A DNA stretch of 55,133 nucleotides from Candidatus Iainarchaeum sp. (GCA_016932875.1 JAFGBZ010000021.1:1-55133); one strand, 5' to 3'; numbered from the stretch's first letter, positions 1 through 8,358 are shown. Translations and numbers: made by a program. The notes: generated by a model from the letters alone, not told the origin.

Positions 1-118
1 CGCTTCCACCAATTGCATAATCAAATACTGCAGATAAAACTAAAATAAAAAAAAAGAATGATATGAATAAAATGAGTGTTTTTGTTTTATTGGATGAAAT
101 TTCTTCATAAAAACTCAT
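1..118 (-). CDS. Partial CDS (N-terminal 39 codons, runs off the window): membrane protein, possibly an HtpX/M48-type protease
   Basis: Minus-strand ATG at 118, preceded by GAGTGA. Translation is MSFYEEISSNKTKTLILFISFFFFILVLSAVFDYAIGGS, a polar head plus a TM helix, as at the N-terminus of HtpX-like proteases that often follow lemA. Too short to be sure. Confidence 0.35.
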   Translation of the reverse strand, partial: MSFYEEISSNKTKTLILFISFFFFILVLSAVFDYAIGGS

Positions 119-156
119 TTTACTCACTCAATTATTTTTTCTGCAAATCATTTTAT

Positions 157-723
157 TTACAAATCTGAAAAATCTGCTTTCACTACTTCTTTTTTTCCTT
201 CGGGAGCATCAAAGAATTCTTTTTCTCTGAAACCAAAGATTCCTGCAAAAATTACTCCTGGAAACTGTGCTATTGCCGTATTGAATCTCATTACAATATC
301 GTTGTAGAATTGTCTTGCATAAGAAATTTTATTTTCAGTTGAAGAAAATTCTTCCTGTAATTTTAAAAAATTCTGATTTGCTTTCAAATCAGGATATGCT
401 TCTGATACAGCAAAAACTGATTTTAATGCTCCGCTTAAAATATTGTCTGCTTGAGCGCTTTCTTTAGGGGTTTTTGCATTAACTATTGCTGCTCTTGCTT
501 CAGTTACTGCTTGCAAAGTTTTTTTCTCAAATTTCGCATAACCTTTAACTGTTTCAATTAAATTAGGAATTAAATCAGCTCTCCTGTTTAACTGAACTTC
601 AATTTGCGCCCATGCATTTTCCACTTTTTTCTGCATTGAAACAAATGAATTATACATCAAAATTACTGCCACAATAAGCACTAAAATGACTACAATCAAT
701 CCAATCAAAATTAATTCAATCAT
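157..723 (-). CDS. lemA: LemA family membrane protein
   Basis: N-terminal TM helix, then YNSFVSMQKKVENAWAQIEVQLNRRADLIPNLIETVKGYAKFEKKTL, the typical LemA signature. Confidence 0.85.
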   Translation of the reverse strand: MIELILIGLIVVILVLIVAVILMYNSFVSMQKKVENAWAQIEVQLNRRADLIPNLIETVKGYAKFEKKTLQAVTEARAAIVNAKTPKESAQADNILSGALKSVFAVSEAYPDLKANQNFLKLQEEFSSTENKISYARQFYNDIVMRFNTAIAQFPGVIFAGIFGFREKEFFDAPEGKKEVVKADFSDL

Positions 724-807
724 TGAATTACCTCCATAAAAGTAAAATAATTAAGAGAATAAAAGGAATAAAAAAGAATCGTTGATAAAAAAAGAATTAT
801 TACTAAA

Positions 808-1116
808 TCAGATTTTCATTTTTGGTGGGCATTTTTCTTTTGCACACCATGAAAAGCATTTTTTGCAGTAATGTTTTCCGTTTTCTTCTTTAAGATATTT
901 GCATTCATTCCAAGAATTAGCTATAGGAGTATCGCCTATAATAAATCTTGTTTCTTCTTTTCTTTGAAGAGATTCATTTACAACTCTTGAAGCAATGCTT
1001 CCAATTGATTCTTTTGTTGTTCCTGCGCTGTTCTGCGAAGCTCTTTGAAGTGCAGCAGTCTGAACTCTTGGCACATTCCTTGAACGCGCAGCGGAAATAA
1101 TACTATCCAAAGGCAT
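808..1116 (-). CDS. Hypothetical small protein with a Cys-rich C-terminus (possible zinc-binding)
   Basis: 102-aa ORF. The C-terminus CKYLKEENGKHYCKKCFSWCAKEKC has 5 Cys. No family recognised. Confidence 0.45.
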   Translation of the reverse strand: MPLDSIISAARSRNVPRVQTAALQRASQNSAGTTKESIGSIASRVVNESLQRKEETRFIIGDTPIANSWNECKYLKEENGKHYCKKCFSWCAKEKCPPKMKI

Positions 1117-1170
1117 AGCGTATATTTACATCAAACATATTAATAAACTTTTTCAAAAAAGGTAAAAGAA

Positions 1171-2055
1171 TTATCCAAAAATTATTTTATGAATTTGTTC
1201 TTTTACTTTTTCATCATCTTTTACAATAAAATCAGCCATTCTTAATCTTGTTGAAACTGTTTGAATTAAGTCAGGATTTTCTTTGTTTGTAATCAGAATC
1301 GAGGGCATTTTTTTAATTAATTCAATGTCCCCATAGCCGTCAGTGATGAATAAAATCTGATTTAAATTAAATTCCCAGTTTTTTTCTTTAAGCAGTTCCT
1401 GCAATGCATCAAATTTTGAAATAATTTTTTTTCCTTCAACTTCTCTTGATTCCATTCCCACAACTTTAATTAAATGAATTACTTTTCCTTCTTCATTGAA
1501 TTCCATTTCTGAACCAATTATGGAATCAAATCTGAATCCAATTGATTCAAATAAGTAATCTTCAAGCATTTCACCGAATTTTTTTGAAGAAAAAGTTGCA
1601 AGAATTATTTTAGCATTTTTTTCTTTCTGAATTTCTTTCAAAGATTCAATTAATTCAGTTCTAAGATAAGGTTTTACTTTTTCAAAAACTGTTTTAATAT
1701 CAGTAATTGAAAACCCGCGATTTTTCAGCAAAGCAGTTCCTTTAATCATTGCTTCATCAATGCTCATTGTTCCTTCAATTATTGAATTAATCATTTTACG
1801 GTAAATTAATTCTCCTGCAGTTGAATCCCTTATTTTTTCAGGAAACATTAAATTCAATGCTTCAAGACTTGAATCAGTGCGGAAAATAGTTCCATCCATA
1901 TCAACTACAACTGCTTTTAATTCATTTGCATAAAATCTGCGTTTCTTTAAAGGACGTTTTACATTAACAACAAGCGAATCCTTTACTATTGAGCCGGCAA
2001 GCTTTGCTTTATGCATTCTTTTCTGCAGTGCTTTCTTCAAACCCATTGAAACCAA
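1171..2055 (-). CDS. HAD-superfamily hydrolase (phosphoserine-phosphatase-like) with a basic N-terminal extension
   Basis: HAD motif I VVVDMDGTIF. Distal ITDGYGDIE resembles motif IV. Confidence 0.7.
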   Translation of the reverse strand: MVSMGLKKALQKRMHKAKLAGSIVKDSLVVNVKRPLKKRRFYANELKAVVVDMDGTIFRTDSSLEALNLMFPEKIRDSTAGELIYRKMINSIIEGTMSIDEAMIKGTALLKNRGFSITDIKTVFEKVKPYLRTELIESLKEIQKEKNAKIILATFSSKKFGEMLEDYLFESIGFRFDSIIGSEMEFNEEGKVIHLIKVVGMESREVEGKKIISKFDALQELLKEKNWEFNLNQILFITDGYGDIELIKKMPSILITNKENPDLIQTVSTRLRMADFIVKDDEKVKEQIHKIIFG

Positions 2056-2107
2056 TAAATTAAATAATTAAACTCATTTAATAATTAAGCGGAAGAAAGT
2101 GATTGAA

Positions 2108-3268
2108 TTGAATGACTACCAATCAATTATATTAGGAGCCGGGCCGGCAGGGTGTTTTACTGCATTAAAGCTATCTGAAAAAGGAATTAAAACTGCTTTA
2201 ATTGAAGAGCATTCAGAAATAGGAAGCCCTGTTCACTGCGGAGAATGCTTATCTGAATTTGCAGTAAAAAATCTGAAAATTGAATTGCCTGAAAAAGTTA
2301 TTTCAAAAAACGTGAAAGGAATTAAAGTTATTTTTCCTAACGGAAAAGAATTTTTTACCCATGAAAACGGATATGTTTTAGAAAAAGATTTATTTGAAAA
2401 ATGGATTGCTGAAAAAGCAGAAAAAAAAGGAACTGAAATTTTTCTGAATACAAGAGTTAATGGAATTGAAAAAAAAGAAAAAGGAATTGAATTAAAAACA
2501 AACAAGCATTCTTACACTGCAGATTTTTTAATTGATGGTTCAGGAGTTTCACAGGTTTCTTCAAGACTGCTTGGATTAAACAAGCCAAGCGAAACAGTTA
2601 TTGGAATGCAGTATTTAATGGAAGAAATCCCAAATGAAGGATGGCTTGAATTTTATTTATGGCCTGATTTAGCACCGGAAGGATATTTATGGATTATTCC
2701 TAAAAAAGACGGCAAAGCAAATGTTGGTTTAACAACCACTAATAAAAATCAGGCAAAAAAATTACTGGATAAATTCATTGAAGAAAAAAAACTTGGAAAC
2801 AAAATAGTGAAATCATTCGGAGGATTAATTCCTCATTCAGGGCCGCTGGAAAAAACTTTTGATGAAAGAATTTTACTTATAGGAGATGCAGCAGGATTTA
2901 CTTCGCCAATGTTTGAAGGAGGCTCACAATTAGCAATGAAATCAGCTGAATTCGCTTCAGTTATAGGATTTGAAGCAGTACATAATAATAATTATTCAAA
3001 AGAATTTTTTTCAGCTTATCAAAGAATGTGGAAAAAAGAATTCCCCCCATATGAAAAGCTTTTGAAAGCAAAAAAAGAATTTTATTCACTGAGTTCAAAT
3101 GAATTAAACAAGTTTTCAGAAGACTTGCCCTATAATTTAAGTTCATTGACAAAAAAAGAAAAAGCAATTTATGGATTAAAATTAGCATTAAAGCACCCGC
3201 ATCTAATGCCTAAAATAAAAATGTATGATTCATTCAAATATTCTTTAAGCAAATTTTATGGCTGGTAA
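2108..3268 (+). CDS. Geranylgeranyl reductase family flavoprotein (digeranylgeranylglycerophospholipid reductase-like)
   Basis: FAD fingerprint ILGAGPAGC near the N-terminus, LLIGDAAGFTSP motif, and typical length. The track start is GTG 2099. I prefer TTG 2108 because AGTGA (2098-2102) then sits 5 nt upstream, as at other genes here. Confidence 0.8.
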   Translation: MNDYQSIILGAGPAGCFTALKLSEKGIKTALIEEHSEIGSPVHCGECLSEFAVKNLKIELPEKVISKNVKGIKVIFPNGKEFFTHENGYVLEKDLFEKWIAEKAEKKGTEIFLNTRVNGIEKKEKGIELKTNKHSYTADFLIDGSGVSQVSSRLLGLNKPSETVIGMQYLMEEIPNEGWLEFYLWPDLAPEGYLWIIPKKDGKANVGLTTTNKNQAKKLLDKFIEEKKLGNKIVKSFGGLIPHSGPLEKTFDERILLIGDAAGFTSPMFEGGSQLAMKSAEFASVIGFEAVHNNNYSKEFFSAYQRMWKKEFPPYEKLLKAKKEFYSLSSNELNKFSEDLPYNLSSLTKKEKAIYGLKLALKHPHLMPKIKMYDSFKYSLSKFYGW

Positions 3269-3962
3269 AAAAATGATTACTGAAACAAAAGCAAAAATAA
3301 TTGAAATAAAAGAAGAAGCAAAAGAAATCAGAACATTTACATTACAGTTAGAAAAAAAAATTGATTATAACCCAGGAGAATTTATTTTTGTATGGTTTCC
3401 TGAACAACCTGAAATCAAAAGAGCTTATTCAATTGCAGGTTATTCAAAAGATAATTTAATGAAGCTTACAATTCAAAAAGTGGAAGAAGGAAAATTTACA
3501 ACAGAATTATTTAATGCAAAAAAAGGAAAAGAAATAATTGTTAAAGGTTCTTTTGGAAGCATGAAATATGAAGGAGAAAAAAAAATTGTAATGCTTGCAG
3601 CAGGAACAGGAATTGCTCCGTTTATGGGTTTTATGGATTATTTTAAAACCATGAAATGCCCTGAAAAAGCTTATTTATTTTATTCATTCAAACATCCGAA
3701 TAAAAAAGTTGATTTAACTGAACATTTAAAAGGAATCAAGTGCATGGAAATAATTTTAACCTGTCCTAAAGCAGGAAAAGAATGCATTCAATGGAACGGA
3801 TTAAAGGAATACATTGATGCAAAAGTAATGAAAAGATTTATTCCAAACTTAAATGAATTCACTTTCTTTTTATGCGGTTCACATAAACTAGTTGAAGAAG
3901 TAACAAACACATTAATAGAAGAAGGAATTCCAGAAGAAAAAATCAAGCATGAAAAGTTTTAA
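3258..3962 (+). CDS. FNR-family (ferredoxin-NADP reductase-like / PyrK-like) FAD/NAD(P)-binding oxidoreductase, without an obvious Fe-S tail
   Basis: RAYSIA (RxYS FAD motif), AAGTGIAPF (NAD(P) motif) and FLCGS near the C-terminus. Overlaps the GGR gene by 11 nt. Confidence 0.7.
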   Translation: MAGKKMITETKAKIIEIKEEAKEIRTFTLQLEKKIDYNPGEFIFVWFPEQPEIKRAYSIAGYSKDNLMKLTIQKVEEGKFTTELFNAKKGKEIIVKGSFGSMKYEGEKKIVMLAAGTGIAPFMGFMDYFKTMKCPEKAYLFYSFKHPNKKVDLTEHLKGIKCMEIILTCPKAGKECIQWNGLKEYIDAKVMKRFIPNLNEFTFFLCGSHKLVEEVTNTLIEEGIPEEKIKHEKF

Positions 3963-3970
3963 GGAATTAT

Positions 3971-4210
3971 TTATCCAACCTCAATGAAAAACAAATCAAC
4001 AAAAGCCAGTGAAAAAACTGAAAAAATTCCTAAAGGAGTGAACATTATTTCGGGAAAGAATTCAAAATCAAAAGCAAACAATAAAACAAGCAATATAATG
4101 TAAATTGACACAGTAATTGTGAAAGCATTTGAAAAAACAGTGAATACTTTCATTTTAAAACCCCACAAAAAGTGCGCAACCAACAAGCAGGAAAATAAAA
4201 GAAACTTCAT
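3971..4210 (-). CDS. Hypothetical small membrane protein
   Basis: 79-aa hydrophobic ORF. Overlaps the upstream ORF by 56 nt in another frame. Confidence 0.35.
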   Translation of the reverse strand: MKFLLFSCLLVAHFLWGFKMKVFTVFSNAFTITVSIYIILLVLLFAFDFEFFPEIMFTPLGIFSVFSLAFVDLFFIEVG

Positions 4211-4517
4211 TAATTAACGCCATTTTATTTGAAAGAGAAGGAGTTGTTTCTGCAAATTTAAGCAAAACAAGTTTCAAAATATAATTTAATCCTAAAAACA
4301 TTGCCCCCATAATAATGAAACCGCTTAATTCCTGAAATTGAATCCAGACAAAAACAGTTGCAATCATCAAAAAAGTATTCTTCAAAACTTTTTTTCCACC
4401 ACTAAAAAAATACATTAAAGCAGTTAAAGCAAATAAAATAAAAATGCTGCCACTAAACCAATCAATAAAGAAGCCAATGTCTAAATTCATTAAATGATAA
4501 AGCGCTTCAAATAACAC
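4155..4517 (-). CDS. Hypothetical membrane protein
   Basis: 120-aa ORF with several predicted TM helices. Confidence 0.45.
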   Translation of the reverse strand: MLFEALYHLMNLDIGFFIDWFSGSIFILFALTALMYFFSGGKKVLKNTFLMIATVFVWIQFQELSGFIIMGAMFLGLNYILKLVLLKFAETTPSLSNKMALINEVSFIFLLVGCALFVGF

Positions 4518-4572
4518 TTTTAACCCCTATATATTACCCATTCAAAAATATATAAAGTAATCGGTTAACTGA

Positions 4573-4652
4573 AAATAGTTAATTTAATCTATGAAATAGT
4601 TAATTAGTTTAACTAAAAGAGTTTTAGCAAAAAGAACAAAGTATTAGCAAAA
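4573..4652. promoter_or_regulatory. Two pairs of direct repeats upstream of the RHH gene (candidate operators)
   Basis: AAATAGTTAATT occurs at 4573-4584 and 4594-4605, 21 bp apart. TTAGCAAAA occurs at 4624-4632 and 4644-4652, 20 bp apart. Both pairs lie just upstream of the TATA-like box. Confidence 0.4.
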
Positions 4653-4658
4653 GATAGA

Positions 4659-4666
4659 TTTATATA
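4659..4666 (+). promoter_or_regulatory. TATA-box-like element for a leaderless RHH transcript
   Basis: TTTATATA centred about 27 nt upstream of ATG 4690, with no SD in between. Confidence 0.45.
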
Positions 4667-4689
4667 CACAATAAATACACATTAGATAT

Positions 4690-4968
4690 ATGAATAGTGT
4701 TTTAGTTAATTTAAGGCTTGAAAAAAATATGCTGAAAGAAATTGATTTAATTGCAAAAAAATCATTTTATAAATCTCGCACTGAATTCATTAGAGAAGCG
4801 TTAAGGAAACTGCTTGAAGAACAAAGAACTAAAGAAGCATTAAAAATCGCTGAAGAGAATTTTGGCAGAGGAAAAAGAGAAGGAATTAAAGAACCGACAA
4901 AAGAAGAAATGATTAAAATAAAAGAAAAAGTTGGAAATGAATTATTGAAAAAACATGGCTTACTCTAA
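4690..4968 (+). CDS. Ribbon-helix-helix (CopG/antitoxin-like) DNA-binding protein
   Basis: VLVNLRLEKNMLKEIDLIAKKSFYKSRTEFIREALRKLL fits a beta-strand, helix, helix RHH pattern. Confidence 0.7.
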   Translation: MNSVLVNLRLEKNMLKEIDLIAKKSFYKSRTEFIREALRKLLEEQRTKEALKIAEENFGRGKREGIKEPTKEEMIKIKEKVGNELLKKHGLL

Positions 4969-5382
4969 ATCTTCAGGTTTCAATGTTTCTGCAAAATCAT
5001 TTAATTCATTGAAATGAAAATCTCTTGAAACAATTAAAAGATTTTCTTCATGAGCAATAATTGCCTGAACACAATCCACAACAGGAAGATTTCTTTCTAA
5101 AGATAATTTTCTTGCTTTAATCACTTGTTCAGTTGTTTCCTCAATTATTTCAAATTTATTTCTTTTGATTAATCCTTTGAATACTTTTTCATTTAATTCA
5201 AATTCTGAAAAACCCAATTTATCTTTTACTTCACCAATAACTGAACTAGAAACAATAACCAAATATTTACAACCAATAGCTTCCTGAATAAATCTAAATG
5301 CGAATTCTCCTATTGGGATTAAACCATCACTTCGATTCAAATAATAATCCAGAAAAATATTTGAATCAACTAATACTTTCAT
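4960..5382 (-). CDS. PIN-domain protein (VapC-like ribonuclease)
   Basis: MKVLVDSNIFLDYY (first acidic PIN motif), later acidic residues (VVDCVQ, SRDFHF), about 140 aa. Confidence 0.75.
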   Translation of the reverse strand: MKVLVDSNIFLDYYLNRSDGLIPIGEFAFRFIQEAIGCKYLVIVSSSVIGEVKDKLGFSEFELNEKVFKGLIKRNKFEIIEETTEQVIKARKLSLERNLPVVDCVQAIIAHEENLLIVSRDFHFNELNDFAETLKPEDLE

Positions 5383-5469
5383 GAAAGAAAAAAGAATTTT
5401 TTGTTTTTAAACTTCTGTTAGGTTGTCTGCCGGTGCCGAGTACACCTCAACTAATACATAGGTACTGTT

Positions 5470-5898
5470 TTACATCACTGGTGTTTTTGGGATATTATCT
5501 TTTTCTTCAAACAGCATTTTTACAGCTTTCATTGCATTTATTCCTGCATTTTCAGCTCTTTCAATTGCTTGATTTAAAGTCATTCCAGGGCCAGTAATTC
5601 CTAATCCTAATGGTTTCCTGTGAGTTAAACTTAATTCCTGTAATGTTTTAAGCGTGCTGAAAGCAATTGCTTCATCATGTTTTGTTTCGCCTTTAATTAT
5701 TGCCCCTAAAACAATCACTGCATCAATTTCAGGATTAAAATAAAGCCTTTGCACAGCAAAAGGAGAATCAAATGCACCAAAAACTTCAATTACTTCAATT
5801 ACTTTATCTTCTTGCTTTTCAGCCTGCTTTTTTGCTGCTTCAAAAGATTTTGAAGTAATTTCAGAATTAAATTTACTTAACACAATACCAATATTCAT
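5470..5898 (-). CDS. ribH: 6,7-dimethyl-8-ribityllumazine synthase
   Basis: MNIGIVLSKFNSEIT, FGAFDSPFAV and IKGETKHDEAI motifs. Start moved from GTG 5907 to ATG 5898, which lies behind GGAGTG/GGTGT. Confidence 0.8.
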   Translation of the reverse strand: MNIGIVLSKFNSEITSKSFEAAKKQAEKQEDKVIEVIEVFGAFDSPFAVQRLYFNPEIDAVIVLGAIIKGETKHDEAIAFSTLKTLQELSLTHRKPLGLGITGPGMTLNQAIERAENAGINAMKAVKMLFEEKDNIPKTPVM

Positions 5899-5939
5899 AC
5901 ACCACACACTCCAAAGTATACATAATACTTGATTAATGT

Positions 5940-6404
5940 TTAATCAATTCCTCCAACATTTTCAAATCCCTGCCTTTCACCAGTTCCTGCTCTTTTCGAT
6001 AATTCTTCAGGATTTTTAATCATCCATACTGCATTAATTGAATGTTTTTTTACTCTGTTAAAAACAATTTGTTTTAATCCTTCATCATTTTTTGCTTCGT
6101 TTTCAAAAACAAATATTCCTAAAGCAGGTTTTTTTGCAAGCACTTGAGCATAAATTATTCCTAGTGATGCTTCATGGGCGCATTGAGAATCAATTGCTTC
6201 TTTGCCAGGCATTCCTAAAGCTAAAACAATATCACAGTTTTTATCTTCCAGTAAAATTCTTACCTGCACCGCTAAATCTTTTATTCCTGGAACTGTTATT
6301 TTTTCCAGTTCAATTTCAGGAGCAATTTCTTTAATTGTTTCTTCAGCTATTTTGCCCATATTAATTCTTGCAAACATTGTGTCAATTAATCCTATTTTCA
6401 TCAA
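5940..6404 (-). CDS. ribC: Archaeal-type riboflavin synthase
   Basis: The N-terminus MKIGLIDTMFARINMG matches the archaeal riboflavin synthase pattern (GxxDTTFARxDM). About 154 aa. Confidence 0.75.
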   Translation of the reverse strand: MMKIGLIDTMFARINMGKIAEETIKEIAPEIELEKITVPGIKDLAVQVRILLEDKNCDIVLALGMPGKEAIDSQCAHEASLGIIYAQVLAKKPALGIFVFENEAKNDEGLKQIVFNRVKKHSINAVWMIKNPEELSKRAGTGERQGFENVGGID

Positions 6405-6416
6405 ATCACTTTTTCA

Positions 6417-7079
6417 TCATACTATTAGTTCAAAATAAATTTCAGAACCATCTTTCAAATTTAATTTCTTCCTTAAATTATATGGTGCAATAAGTTCAAC
6501 AATATTTCGTGAATGCGAAGTTCTTTCAGGAAAAACAATCCCTGCAATAATTTTACCATTAATTTTTGCCTTAAAGCATTCCAATGCACCAAAAGTTCTT
6601 TTAGCTGTTTTAAATCCTTCAAGCTTTAAAGGATTTAATCCAAGCAATGCTGCATTAAGTTCATTTTCATTTACTTCAACATTAAGCGTTCCACAGAAAG
6701 GACTAAAACCTAATTTTTTCTGAAACTGCAGAGAATAATTTTTCTGACAAATATAATAAGCGCCCTGCCCCATTCCTGAAACAATTTTTCCCTGAATCTT
6801 TGCATTGATTTGAGTAAAACATTTATTCATTTTAAAATAAACTGTTTTAAGAGAATAAACTGCTTTTTTAGTTAAAATTAATTCACTTCCATTAACAGAA
6901 GATTTTTTTTCAATTAAATCAGCTTTCCTTAATTCCATTATTTTTCTTGAAACACTCTGCTGGGAAATTCCAAGTGATTCAGCAATTCTTGTAGTAGATG
7001 AATCCATTGAACCTGTTTTTTTTGACTGTTCAAATACCAGCAAAAGCAGAAAAAAATTACTAAAAAAAATTTTATTCAT
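6417..7079 (-). CDS. rbkR: RbkR-type fusion: winged-HTH regulator plus CTP-dependent riboflavin kinase
   Basis: N-terminal TRIAESLGISQQSVSRKIMELRKADLIEKK (wHTH). C-terminal GKIVSGMGQGAYYI ... FCGTLNVEV matches the archaeal RibK fold signature. Confidence 0.7.
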   Translation of the reverse strand: MNKIFFSNFFLLLLVFEQSKKTGSMDSSTTRIAESLGISQQSVSRKIMELRKADLIEKKSSVNGSELILTKKAVYSLKTVYFKMNKCFTQINAKIQGKIVSGMGQGAYYICQKNYSLQFQKKLGFSPFCGTLNVEVNENELNAALLGLNPLKLEGFKTAKRTFGALECFKAKINGKIIAGIVFPERTSHSRNIVELIAPYNLRKKLNLKDGSEIYFELIV

Positions 7080-7101
7080 AAAATAATAAAAAAAGGAAAA
7101 A

Positions 7102-7135
7102 TACTTAAATCTGATTAATTACTCAAATTTAAGTA
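7102..7135. promoter_or_regulatory. Perfect 9-bp inverted repeat overlapping the predicted rbkR TATA box
   Basis: TACTTAAAT (7102-7110) and ATTTAAGTA (7127-7135), 16 nt apart. The proximal arm reads ATTTAAGTA on the minus strand, centred about 27 nt upstream of the rbkR ATG (7079). Confidence 0.4.
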
Positions 7136-7163
7136 AAAACTCATTTTAACTGATTTGTTAAAT

Positions 7164-8246
7164 TCATTTCTGCAGATAAACTGTCTGCGTAGGGTAAGCA
7201 AATTCAAGTTTTTCTTTTTCAAATAATTCCATTATCTTGAAATTCACTTCATCTTTTATGCGCAAGTAATCATCTGTTTTACTTAAAAAATACATTATCT
7301 GTAATTCAAGCGAACTGTCGGCAAATGCATCAAAAGTTACTTTGGTTTTTTCCGGAACAGTTCCATTAACTTCTGCAACTGCTTTTTCAATTAATTCTTT
7401 TGCTTTCATTAATTTTTTCTGTGTTGTTCCATAAACTACGCCTAATTTGAATTTAATTCTTCTCGGCTTAGCCATGGAAACATTTGTAATAATGTCTTTT
7501 GAAATAAGTGAATTTGGAACAGTAATAAACTGATTTTCAAAATCCTTTAATTTTGTTGTTCTTATTCCAACCTGGGTTACTGTTGCATCAACTCCTTTGA
7601 ACTGAACTCTGTCCCCAATTGTAAAAGGTTTATCAACAAAAATTGCTACTCCTCCAAATAAATTTGCAATTGTATCCTGCGCTGCAAAAGCAACTGCCAA
7701 TCCTCCAATACCTAGTCCAGCAATTAAGGCAGTAACATCATAACCAAATCCATTCAAAACAATTATTCCTGCAAGAGAAATCAAAGCAATTTTTAATCCC
7801 TTTGAAAGAATCGGAATTAACTGGTCATCTAATTTTGAATCAGTTTTATCAGCTAAAGGAATCAAATAATGTTTTATTATTACATCAATTAATCTTACTG
7901 CAAACCATGCAACAGTTGCAACAATAAGTGAACTGACTAATTTATCAAAAAACCATAGAAGAAATTCTGAATCAGGAGTTAAAAACCGAAATCCAATAAA
8001 TAAACCAATAACTATTACAAGCAAAACCAACGGCTCTTCAACAATATCAACTAACATATCATCTAATTCTGTTTTAGTTTTAGCAGTTAAACGCCTTACC
8101 TGATTTTTCATAACAAAATAAATAATTTTTCCAATAACTGCAAACAAAATAAGTATTCCAAAAAAAACAGCATACTGTCCAATGCTTGAACCAAAATAAG
8201 ATTCAGGAAACATTTCATTAATTTTAATTAAAATATCTTCAAACAT
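7164..8246 (-). CDS. mscS: MscS-family mechanosensitive channel
   Basis: Multiple N-terminal TM helices, then NLFGGVAIFVDKPFTIGDRV and the beta-domain pattern of small-conductance channels. Confidence 0.8.
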   Translation of the reverse strand: MFEDILIKINEMFPESYFGSSIGQYAVFFGILILFAVIGKIIYFVMKNQVRRLTAKTKTELDDMLVDIVEEPLVLLVIVIGLFIGFRFLTPDSEFLLWFFDKLVSSLIVATVAWFAVRLIDVIIKHYLIPLADKTDSKLDDQLIPILSKGLKIALISLAGIIVLNGFGYDVTALIAGLGIGGLAVAFAAQDTIANLFGGVAIFVDKPFTIGDRVQFKGVDATVTQVGIRTTKLKDFENQFITVPNSLISKDIITNVSMAKPRRIKFKLGVVYGTTQKKLMKAKELIEKAVAEVNGTVPEKTKVTFDAFADSSLELQIMYFLSKTDDYLRIKDEVNFKIMELFEKEKLEFAYPTQTVYLQK

Positions 8247-8358
8247 AAAAACACCTTTAAATTCAAAAACTAAAAAGAATTTAAATAAAACCTATATAGA
8301 TTAGAAAAGTATTTTAAGTGAAATCAACACATATTATTTATATTTTTGGAGGAATAAA

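Noticed and set aside
6092-6438. Plus-strand ORFs 6092-6334 and 6202-6438 opposite ribC.
   Set aside because: The minus strand encodes an archaeal riboflavin synthase with a clear N-terminal signature. The plus-strand products have no features.
7080-7163. FMN-riboswitch-like leader for the rib cluster.
   Set aside because: The spacer is short and AT-rich with only the simple inverted repeat. It has none of the conserved FMN-element helices, and that riboswitch class is bacterial. A protein operator (RbkR) is the more economical reading.
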